Assembly: GCA_035546035.1 (NCBI GenBank)
Contig: DASZXC010000008.1
Coordinates: forward strand, 316,265 to 380,264
Direction of reading: 5' to 3'
Length of the DNA stretch: 64,000 nucleotides
DNA from: Minisyncoccota bacterium
GTDB taxonomy: Bacteria > Patescibacteriota > Minisyncoccia > Phycocordibacterales > UBA6065
Shown here piece by piece: positions 30,014-37,803 of the stretch. Made by a program: the position numbers and the translations under genes. Each line of letters begins with the position of its first letter. Position 1 is the stretch's first letter. The notes beneath the pieces are model-generated. The model was not told the DNA's origin. It did not search any database and was given only the letters and a program-made list of their open reading frames with translations.

Positions 30014-30592
30014 ATGGTAACCAACGACCAGATCAAGGAGCTCCGAGAGTCTACCGGCGTTTCCGTCATGCAGTGCAAGAAAGCCCTTGAAGAGGCCGGC
30101 GGCGACATGGCGAAGGCCATCGTCATATTGAAGAAAAAAGGCGCTGAAGCAGCCGCAAAGAAAGGCGACCGGACCCTCGGCGCTACCCAGATCGCCGCAT
30201 ACGTCCATTCGACCGGCGTCGTCGGCGTCTTGGTCGAGCTCGCATGCGAGACCGACTTCGTAGCTAAGAATCCGGAATTCAAGCAGATGGCATACGACAT
30301 CGCCATGCACATCGCCGCTTCGAAGCCCGAATTCGTAAAGAAGGAGGACGTCAACGCTGAAGCCCGCGCTACCGCAGAATCCGTATTCGCCCAGGAAGTC
30401 GAAGGCAAGCCCGCAGAGATGAAGGCGAAGATCCTCGAAGGTAAGCTCGCGTCGTATTTCTCCGAGCGCGTCCTCTTGGACCAGCCGTTCATCAAGAACC
30501 CGGAGCTCACCATCGCGGGCCTCCTCTCTCAGGGCGTCCAGAAATTCGGCGAGAAGATCGAGATCGTCCGCTTCACCCGCTACGGCGCATAA
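30014..30592 (+). CDS. tsf: Elongation factor Ts (short form)
   Basis: IKELRESTG..VMQCKKAL, ELACETDFVAKN. Confidence 0.96.
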   Translation: MVTNDQIKELRESTGVSVMQCKKALEEAGGDMAKAIVILKKKGAEAAAKKGDRTLGATQIAAYVHSTGVVGVLVELACETDFVAKNPEFKQMAYDIAMHIAASKPEFVKKEDVNAEARATAESVFAQEVEGKPAEMKAKILEGKLASYFSERVLLDQPFIKNPELTIAGLLSQGVQKFGEKIEIVRFTRYGA

Positions 30593-30613
30593 CAGGCAGC
30601 TTAAATCATCACT

Positions 30614-31027
30614 ATGACCCTCGAGCTCACGCTCATGACGGTGGCAGCAGCAGGAATGATCGCCCTGCTCGTCCACAAGCGCTCCGAACTCGCTAAAGGC
30701 GCCGCATCCGCGCGCGTCGAGAACGTTCGCACCAAGGCCGATCCTTTCTTTCAGGATATCGCCCATAAGAGCATGCGCCTCGCATCGCAGCTCACGTTCA
30801 GGAACCTCGTCCTCGTCTTGAATCACGCATTCGTCGCCGTGGTCAAATTCTTTATGGATGTCTCGCACCGCGCGCACAAAGTATCGTCCAATATCGTCGA
30901 AAAGGCGTCCAAGAAGACCGAAGACCTCTCTCGAGGCGGCGCCGCATCCTTTTACCTGAAGCAGATCAAGGAAACTAAGGACGGAGTCCAGTCGGCTCCC
31001 GAGCCGACAACACGCATCGAAGGCTAG
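30614..31027 (+). CDS. Hypothetical protein with N-terminal membrane anchor
   Basis: 137-aa ORF co-oriented between tsf and tRNA-Thr. Confidence 0.7.
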   Translation: MTLELTLMTVAAAGMIALLVHKRSELAKGAASARVENVRTKADPFFQDIAHKSMRLASQLTFRNLVLVLNHAFVAVVKFFMDVSHRAHKVSSNIVEKASKKTEDLSRGGAASFYLKQIKETKDGVQSAPEPTTRIEG

Positions 31028-31032
31028 GCATT

Positions 31033-31105
31033 GCCACCTTAGCTCAGTTGGTAGAGCAACTGTTTTGTAAACAGTAGGTCCCCGGTTCAAGCCCGGGAGG
31101 TGGCT
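31033..31105 (+). tRNA. tRNA-Thr(TGT), discriminator U, CCA not encoded
   Basis: GCCACCT/AGGTGGC acceptor stem, ACTGT-TTTGTAA-ACAGT anticodon arm, GGTTCAAGCCC. Confidence 0.95.
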
Positions 31106-31147
31106 CAACCAGAATACTTTTGATAGAGTAACCAGCGTTCGATCCAC

Positions 31148-32296
31148 ATGCCCACGCGACATCATATCGTTATAAAAGACCCGAAGGAAGCCGAGCTTAT
31201 CGCTGGTCTTCAGGGTAAGACGGACGTCAAATCCGAGCGTCTCAAGCGCCTTCTCGCACTGCCTGACCTCACCAAGAAGGCTAATTCGCCGGTAAAGATC
31301 CTCTTTGATCACATCCTCGCGCTTCCGGTCTTCAAAGACTTCGATATCGTAGAATTCCCGCGCATCGTCACGGTCGAGGAGAATTTCGACCTGCTCAATA
31401 CGCCGAAGGACCACCCGAGCCGCCGCGAGAACGACACGTACTACGTGGATGATACCCACGTCCTCCGCACCCAGATGACCGTCATGTGGTCGTTCTATCT
31501 GCGCGACAAGGACGTCCTGGCCCGTCTCGAGAAGGACGGGGAAGTGATGGCTCTCTCGCCGGGCATCGTCTTCCGCAAGGACGAAATAGACAGGCGACAT
31601 TATCCGGCGTTCCATCAAGTAGACGGCCTCTATATATGCAAGAAGTCCAAGAAGCAGATCACCCAGGGCGATCTCGAGGAGGTTCAGAAAGAGATGGCCA
31701 AGGGCATATTCGGCGACACTATCGAATATAAATTCCTCGTCGACGCCTTTCCGTTCACCGATCCGTCGGTCGAAATGGACATCATGTTCAATGGCGACTG
31801 GATGGAGGTGAACGGCGCCGGCCTCGTCCATCCGCAGGTGCTCCGTAATTTCGGCCTCGATCCCGAAGTCTATAACGGCTGGGCATTCGGATTCGGCGAC
31901 AGGCTCGCCATGGTCAAGATGGCCATTCCGGACATCCGCATTCTCTGGTCCGAAGACCCTCGCATCACGAGCCAGTTCAAGAATCTCGACAGCAAATTCA
32001 AGGAAGTATCCAAGTATCCGCCGATCGTGCGCGATATATCCTTCATCGTAGACAAATCCACAGGCCTCAACAACTACTACGAGATTGCCCGTGACTGCGC
32101 TGGAAACCTCATCGAGGAGCTCGCCCTTGTCGACACTTTTGAGAACGCCAAGAAGTTTGGAGAAGGGAAGGTCAGCTATACGTTCCGCATCACATACCGC
32201 TCGCCGGAGCGCACCCTCACGAACGAGGAAGTGAATGCTATCCACGCCAAGATCCAGGAGAAGACAACGGCAGAGCTCGGTGCTCTGGTTCGCTAG
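31148..32296 (+). CDS. pheS: Single-chain (mitochondrial-type) phenylalanine--tRNA ligase: alpha catalytic domain plus FDX-ACB domain
   Basis: NFDLLNTPKDHPSR, FRKDEIDRRHYPAFHQ, FPFTDPS, GWAFGFG, then SKYPPIVRDISF...YRSPERTLTNEEVN. Confidence 0.88.
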   Translation: MPTRHHIVIKDPKEAELIAGLQGKTDVKSERLKRLLALPDLTKKANSPVKILFDHILALPVFKDFDIVEFPRIVTVEENFDLLNTPKDHPSRRENDTYYVDDTHVLRTQMTVMWSFYLRDKDVLARLEKDGEVMALSPGIVFRKDEIDRRHYPAFHQVDGLYICKKSKKQITQGDLEEVQKEMAKGIFGDTIEYKFLVDAFPFTDPSVEMDIMFNGDWMEVNGAGLVHPQVLRNFGLDPEVYNGWAFGFGDRLAMVKMAIPDIRILWSEDPRITSQFKNLDSKFKEVSKYPPIVRDISFIVDKSTGLNNYYEIARDCAGNLIEELALVDTFENAKKFGEGKVSYTFRITYRSPERTLTNEEVNAIHAKIQEKTTAELGALVR

Positions 32297-32410
32297 TTTT
32301 TGGCCCTAAGATAGGCCTTAGAGATGACGGATAAGAGGGTGGCGAATACCCCTCAAATTTGCTATAATTCTAGGGTAAATAACCATTCCCGGCGGTCTCA
32401 TTTTTTGTTT

Positions 32411-34468
32411 ATGGCAGAGAAAAAAGCAGATAAAAAGTCTTCATACGGCGCTGAATCGATCCAGGTCCTCGAAGGCCTCGAGCCGGTGCGAAAGCGCCCC
32501 GGCATGTATATCGGCACGACCGGTCCTGACGGCTTCCACCATCTCATAACCGAGATCTTCGATAACTCGCGCGACGAAGCCATGGGCGGCCACGCGAACG
32601 ATATCGAGATCGCGCTCCTTCCGGGCGAAATGGTCCGCGTTGCGGACAACGGCCGCGGCATCCCCGTAGACGTCCATGCCAAGACCAAGATCTCGGCCCT
32701 CGAGATGGTCATGACCGTCCTTCACGCCGGCGGCAAGTTCGGCGGCGAGGATTCGGGATATAAAGTCTCCGGAGGCCTCCACGGCGTGGGCGCATCCGTA
32801 GTCAACGCTCTGTCCATTTATTGCAAGGCCGAAGTCCATCGTGACGGCGGCAAATATGTCCAGGAATACTCCCAGGGCAAGCGCAAGGCGGCCGTAAAGA
32901 AAGTCGGCTCGTCCAAGCTCAACGGCACCATCACTACGTTCCAGCCCGATACCGAAATATTCGGCCCGCAGGTCTTCGATTTCAACCGCATCGTCACCCA
33001 TATGCGCCAGCAGGCGTATCTTGTGCGCGGCCTCCGCATTTCCGTCATAGACGCGCGCGAATACAAGGGCTCGATAGACACCGACGACATATTCTATTTC
33101 CGCGAGTCCATGATCGAGGCTCCGTCCCAGACCTTCTATTTCGAAGGCGGTCTCGTATCTCTCGTCCGCTTCACCAATTCTCTCCAGAAGCCGATCCACA
33201 AGAACATCTTCTATGTGGAAAAGAAGGCCGAAGGCGTCGAATCGGTCGAAGTCGCCCTCCAGTACGTGGACGACATCTCGTCGCGCATCCTTCCGTTCGC
33301 GAACAATATCTATAACGGCGAGGGCGGCACGCATATCACCGGCTTTAAGACCGCGCTTACTCGAACGCTCAACAGCTATGCCAAGAAGAACGGCGGCAAG
33401 GAAGACGACTCTTTCACCGGCGACGATGTCCTTGAAGGCCTCACTGCCGTCGTATCCGTAAAGCTCCGCGAGATCCAGTTCGAAGGCCAGACCAAGGCCA
33501 AGCTCGGCTCCGTAGAGGCCCAGTCGGCCACTGCAGGCGTATTCGGCGAGGCGTTCCAGCTCTTCCTCGAAGAGAACCCTGACGACGCCAAAGCCATGAT
33601 CGCCAAGGCGACCCTCGCCATGAAGGCCCGCAAGGCCGCAAAGGCCGCAAAGGATTCGATCCTCCGTAAGGGCGCCCTCGAAGGCATGACGCTCCCGGGC
33701 AAGCTTGCCGACTGCGAATCGAGCGACGCATCGGAATCCGAGGTCTTCATCGTAGAGGGCGACTCGGCAGGCGGCACCGCGAAGACCGGTCGCAATCGAA
33801 AGACGCAGGCCGTGCTCCCGCTCCGCGGAAAGATTCTTAATATCGAAAGGGCCCGCCTCGACCGCATGCTCGGCTCCGAGCAGATCAAGAACCTCGTCGT
33901 CGCCATGGGCACGGCGATAGGCGAGACGTTCGACATATCGAAGCTCCGCTATCACAAGGTCATCATCGCGACCGATGCCGACGTGGACGGCGCGCATATC
34001 AGGACGCTCATCCTCACGCTCTTGTACCGATACTTCAAGCCGCTTATAGACGGCGGATATATCTACATCGCCCAGCCGCCGCTCTATAAGGTGAAGCGCG
34101 GAAAGGAGCTCATGTATTTCTATTCCGAGGAAGAGAAGACTAAAATACTCGGCAAAGACGAGATCCCTCTCGAAAGCGACGAGAACGCAGAAGAGGCCGC
34201 TGAAGAAGCAGAAGAGGAAGAGGCGAAAGGGAAGGGCGCCAAAAAAGCCGCGAGGACTCACGTCCAGCGCTACAAGGGCCTCGGCGAGATGAACGCGGAA
34301 GAGCTCTGGGAGACCACTATGGACCCCGCGCGGCGCCTCTTGAAGCAAGTCACCATCGCCGACGCGCAGGAAGCAGACAAGGTATTCGATATGCTCATGG
34401 GTACCGACGTGCCGAGCCGCAAGACCTTCATCCAGTCCAACGCCCACAAGGCGACGATAGACGTATAA
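32411..34468 (+). CDS. gyrB: DNA gyrase subunit B
   Basis: LEGLEPVRKRPGMYIG, SGGLHGVG, EGDSAGG, PLRGKILN, DADVDG, QRYKGLGEM. Confidence 0.95.
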   Translation: MAEKKADKKSSYGAESIQVLEGLEPVRKRPGMYIGTTGPDGFHHLITEIFDNSRDEAMGGHANDIEIALLPGEMVRVADNGRGIPVDVHAKTKISALEMVMTVLHAGGKFGGEDSGYKVSGGLHGVGASVVNALSIYCKAEVHRDGGKYVQEYSQGKRKAAVKKVGSSKLNGTITTFQPDTEIFGPQVFDFNRIVTHMRQQAYLVRGLRISVIDAREYKGSIDTDDIFYFRESMIEAPSQTFYFEGGLVSLVRFTNSLQKPIHKNIFYVEKKAEGVESVEVALQYVDDISSRILPFANNIYNGEGGTHITGFKTALTRTLNSYAKKNGGKEDDSFTGDDVLEGLTAVVSVKLREIQFEGQTKAKLGSVEAQSATAGVFGEAFQLFLEENPDDAKAMIAKATLAMKARKAAKAAKDSILRKGALEGMTLPGKLADCESSDASESEVFIVEGDSAGGTAKTGRNRKTQAVLPLRGKILNIERARLDRMLGSEQIKNLVVAMGTAIGETFDISKLRYHKVIIATDADVDGAHIRTLILTLLYRYFKPLIDGGYIYIAQPPLYKVKRGKELMYFYSEEEKTKILGKDEIPLESDENAEEAAEEAEEEEAKGKGAKKAARTHVQRYKGLGEMNAEELWETTMDPARRLLKQVTIADAQEADKVFDMLMGTDVPSRKTFIQSNAHKATIDV

Positions 34469-34476
34469 TCAAGATC

Positions 34477-34521
34477 ATACACACGAAAAAAGCCCTATTT
34501 AAGGGCTTTTTTCGTGTGTAT
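34477..34521. terminator. 20-bp perfect inverted repeat terminator after gyrB
   Basis: ATACACACGAAAAAAGCCCT-attta-AGGGCTTTTTTCGTGTGTAT. Confidence 0.85.
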
Positions 34522-34549
34522 TGACTTTATATATAAGAGGTGATATAAT
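34521..34549 (+). promoter_or_regulatory. Near-consensus sigma70 promoter
   Basis: TTGACT-17-TATAAT with extended TG. Confidence 0.8.
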
Positions 34550-34558
34550 AGTAGGAGA

Positions 34559-34984
34559 ATGCATGCATTATCCATAGAGGACAAAAACCGTCTCACGCAG
34601 ACGTCCTCTCGATTCAAGATCATTGCCCCGCTCGAGGAGATCAAATCCGAGTGCGAGGGCAACGAAATCCTTACAGAGCTTTTTGAGAATATGATCGACT
34701 TCGCCCTGCGCTACGCCGAATCGGTATGCCGATGGCAGCGCATGGCGGTGGAGACCCCGGATGAATTCGATGCCATCGGCACCCGCCAGGCCATCGAGGA
34801 CACCCGTCGCACGGTTCACAACGCTTTCATCGAGCATGTGAATATCCTCTCCCGGACGCTTGTCCGGCAGGGCAGGAAAGCCGAGTGGCGGGGCAGGGTC
34901 GGGCATGACCGCGCGGCCTTGGGCCGGTTCGCCATCGTTATCGCTTTCGAGTACATCAAGACAACCGAAGGAGGTAATGTATGA
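34559..34984 (+). CDS. Hypothetical helical protein (possibly DUF3232-like)
   Basis: AGGAGA SD; RRTVHNAFIEHVNILSR motif; family call is from memory only. Confidence 0.7.
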   Translation: MHALSIEDKNRLTQTSSRFKIIAPLEEIKSECEGNEILTELFENMIDFALRYAESVCRWQRMAVETPDEFDAIGTRQAIEDTRRTVHNAFIEHVNILSRTLVRQGRKAEWRGRVGHDRAALGRFAIVIAFEYIKTTEGGNV

Positions 34985-35166
34985 CCGACCAGACCACGGA
35001 ACGCAAAGTCAGGCTCCTTCGCTACGGCGAACTGGCCATGCGCAAAGCGCGCGACGAAGCCAGCCAGGAAGAGCTCGCAGAGATGGAAGAGATCCGCAAG
35101 GAGCTCGACCTGTCGGAAAGCGAGATCATCGCCAAAGTCGAGAGTATAGTCAAAAAGAACTACTAA
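34981..35166 (+). CDS. Small hypothetical protein, coupled to the upstream gene
   Basis: ATGA overlap, GGAGGT SD, terminator at 35179-35211. Confidence 0.7.
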   Translation: MTDQTTERKVRLLRYGELAMRKARDEASQEELAEMEEIRKELDLSESEIIAKVESIVKKNY

Positions 35167-35209
35167 GGAATTCGAACGGCGCCCGTCTGAAATATGACGG
35201 GCGCTTTTT

Positions 35210-36961
35210 TTATTTCTTCTCTGCCGCCTCCGCCGAAAGCATGGCGACGGCTTCTTCGGCTTTCATCTCGCCTACTTTGCCTTTATCGCGGGACTCGAGC
35301 GTGACGACGCCTTTTTCCATATCTTTGTCGCCGATGATGACGGTATAGGGGATCTTCATGTCTTTTGCCTCGCGGACCTTTTTGCCGAAGCCCGCGTCCG
35401 ATGCGTCTATGTCGACGCGTATGCCCGCTCTTTTGAGCAATACGCCGACCTCCGCTGCGCGGGCATTATTCGATTCGCGGACGGGCACGATTTTGACCTG
35501 GGTCGGAGCGAGCCAGAGAGGGAAGTTGCCGCCCGTATGCTCGATCAGGATGCTCATGAATCGTTCGAGCGATCCCATGATGGCGGCGTGGATCATGACG
35601 ATCCTTTCGCGCTCGCCCTTCTCGTTCACGCAGGACAGATCGAATCGCTCCGGCATATTCATGTCGAGTTGGATCGTGGCGACCTGCCAGCGGCGGCCGA
35701 TGGCGTCATTGGCCATGAAGTCGATCTTGGGGCCATAGAACGCGGCTTCGCCGATGCCGTCGAGGGCCTTTACGCCCTTTTCGTCCACTATTTCGCGGAG
35801 CAATGCCTCTGCCGTCTCCCAGCGCTTCTTGTTGCCGAGGTATTTTTCAGGCTGCTTCGGATCATGGAACGAGAGGCGCGCTTCGAGCTTGAATCCGAAT
35901 GTCGGATAGAATTCGTTGATGATGTCCCAGATCTTCAGGAACTCTGATTTGACGTCTGCCATGCGGCAGAAGACGTGCGCGTCGTCCTGGGCGAACGCGC
36001 GCGTGCGCGAAAGGCCGGACAGTTCGCCGGTCTGCTCGTCGCGATAGCAGGTAGTCGTATTGGCGTATCGCTGGGGCAGATCCTTGTAGCTCCAGAGCCT
36101 GCGGGCGTATATCTGCGTGTGATGAGGGCAGTTCATCGGCTTCATGGCGAATTCGTGGCCTTCGCGCGTCGTGATCTTGAACAGATCGTTCTGATACTTC
36201 TCCCAGTGGCCGGACGTGATATAGAGGTCCTTTTTGGTGATATGAGGGATCTCGACCTTCTCGTATCCGCGCATGGAGCGGAGCGACCATACGTATCCGT
36301 CGAGGAGATGGCGGAGCATGGTGCCGCGGGGCGTCCAGAGGGGAAGGCCCGCGCCGACGAGGTCAGAGAACGTGAAGAGATCCAGTTCAGGGCCGAGCTT
36401 CTTGTGGTCGCGCTTCTTGGCTTCTTCCTGCTGCGCTACGTATGCGTCGAGTTCGGCTTTCGAAGCGAAGGCGAGGCCGTATATGCGGGTCAGCATGGCG
36501 TTCTTCTCGTCGCCGCGCCAGTATGCACCCGCTATGCGCTCGATCTTGAACGCATCGTCATGCATGTCCTTCGGGTCAGCGTGTCCGCCGCGGCAGAGGT
36601 CAGTGAATTTGCCCGACGTATAGAGAGTGATCTTCTCGCCCTTGGCAGCGATGTCAGAGATGAGCTCGAGCTTGTACGGATTGTCTTTGAAGATCTCGCG
36701 AGCCTCGGCTTCGGAGACCTCCTTACCTTCGAATGACTTCCAGGAAGGAAGTATCTTGCGCATGCGCTTTTCTATATCCTTGAATTCCTTGTCCGAGGGC
36801 GCGCCGCTTTTGCCGTCCTTGCCTGCAGGGAATTCGAAATCGTAATAGAAGCCGTTCTCGATCGCGGGGCCGATGGTGTTCTTGACACCGGGGTAGAGCT
36901 CGCCCACGGCGGCGGCGAGGAGATGTGCGAACGAATGGCGGATGTTTTCTGCGGAAGACAT
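35210..36961 (-). CDS. thrS: Threonine--tRNA ligase (no N-terminal TGS domain)
   Basis: RHSFAH, DLCRGGH, KPMNCPHH, QDDAH, AAFYGPKID, GSLERF. Confidence 0.97.
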   Translation of the reverse strand: MSSAENIRHSFAHLLAAAVGELYPGVKNTIGPAIENGFYYDFEFPAGKDGKSGAPSDKEFKDIEKRMRKILPSWKSFEGKEVSEAEAREIFKDNPYKLELISDIAAKGEKITLYTSGKFTDLCRGGHADPKDMHDDAFKIERIAGAYWRGDEKNAMLTRIYGLAFASKAELDAYVAQQEEAKKRDHKKLGPELDLFTFSDLVGAGLPLWTPRGTMLRHLLDGYVWSLRSMRGYEKVEIPHITKKDLYITSGHWEKYQNDLFKITTREGHEFAMKPMNCPHHTQIYARRLWSYKDLPQRYANTTTCYRDEQTGELSGLSRTRAFAQDDAHVFCRMADVKSEFLKIWDIINEFYPTFGFKLEARLSFHDPKQPEKYLGNKKRWETAEALLREIVDEKGVKALDGIGEAAFYGPKIDFMANDAIGRRWQVATIQLDMNMPERFDLSCVNEKGERERIVMIHAAIMGSLERFMSILIEHTGGNFPLWLAPTQVKIVPVRESNNARAAEVGVLLKRAGIRVDIDASDAGFGKKVREAKDMKIPYTVIIGDKDMEKGVVTLESRDKGKVGEMKAEEAVAMLSAEAAEKK

Positions 36962-36989
36962 GATGATAAGGTTATAAAAAAGGATTTTC

Positions 36990-37142
36990 GAACTAAAAAC
37001 GGCCCTAGCGAACCGGAGCGGGATTCCGGTTCGCTAGGGCGCATGAGCGCGGTTCCACCTAGGCTTATATCTCTCGAATTGGCGCCAGATTAGGCCTTTC
37101 GGCGGTCCCTTGGTTTGGTGGGCCAAGCAATCTCTGACGGAT
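36990..37142 (-). promoter_or_regulatory. Compact T-box riboswitch (Thr) with antiterminator and terminator
   Basis: CUAGG-UGGAACC-GCG-cucaug-CGC-CCUAG antiterminator, mutually exclusive with a 16-bp terminator (37002-37040) plus U-run; ACC codon in loop 37114-37122. Confidence 0.82.
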
Positions 37143-37164
37143 CAATGGTACTACGATTCAGGGG

Positions 37165-37265
37165 AAAGTAAAAGAGCGATCGCCTGACGGCTGCGACCGC
37201 TCTTAAGGATGCATATTATGGGCAATATGCCCTGCGAGTTCCTTTCGGACCATGCGGATATCGCA
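37165..37265 (-). ncRNA. Structured unit C (~100 nt, unknown)
   Basis: Three small hairpins followed by a 12-bp terminator (37172-37204). Confidence 0.3.
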
Positions 37266-37269
37266 TGTG

Positions 37270-37460
37270 AAAGTAAAAAGCCCCACGAATCAGTGGGGCC
37301 CAAACCTGGTCATTCGCCCATCGGGCGGCGACTGGTTTCCAACAAGCTCTCGGCGCGCAGGCCGGACCTGCCAGGTTGGCGGGAGTGGTGCCGTCAGAGT
37401 GCCGGCGTTCCCTCGTACGATCTTTTCCGCTATCGGCGATGATGGTGCCGATCCGGTCAA
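37270..37460 (-). ncRNA. Structured unit B (~190 nt), 6S-RNA-like rod
   Basis: Extended -10 TGTGCTATCGT, nested end-to-end pairings around a purine-rich bubble, terminator at 37280-37299. Confidence 0.4.
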
Positions 37461-37467
37461 ACGATAG

Positions 37468-37765
37468 CACAAAGGCCCAGGGATGTGAACATCCCTGGGC
37501 CAAGAGCGATCCCCGGCAATCACGCCGCTCGACCGCATTTGTCGCCGGATTCAATCCAGCCTTGCTACGGGAGGTTTCCCGTTCGTCGGCATCCGTTGAA
37601 CGCGCGCGATGCGCCAGATGCCTATGCCGGTTGACGAGCGCAGCATTCCTTAACGGGCGCGCTCCCGGCCTGGGACTGCTCCGTATGAGCCCGGGTTGCC
37701 GCACTTGCGGTTCGGACTTCGCCTCGCGAATCAGTTGCGAGGCGCTTCTACCATAAGGACTCCTC
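37468..37765 (-). ncRNA. Structured unit A (~300 nt, unknown)
   Basis: TGATATAAC promoter, multiple hairpins and nested helices, 12-bp terminal hairpin at 37474-37501. Confidence 0.45.
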
Positions 37766-37803
37766 GTATGTTATATCACGAAAAGCCCTCTCCGGCGCGG
37801 CTT

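Noticed and set aside
30008-34447. 745-aa and 668-aa minus-strand ORFs
   Set aside because: Antisense to tsf, tRNA-Thr, PheRS and gyrB; no recognisable protein features.
37355-37730. GAGGCGAAGUCCG (RNase P-like) and CAGGUCCGG (SRP-like) words
   Set aside because: The RNase P P4 partner strand and the SRP AAGGAAGCAG continuation are absent.
37216-37756. 162-aa (minus) and 126-aa (plus) ORFs in the dnaE-thrS gap
   Set aside because: Arg/Pro/Ala-rich, non-ATG starts, and they cross terminator hairpins; structured RNA explains the region better, though coding is not formally excluded.
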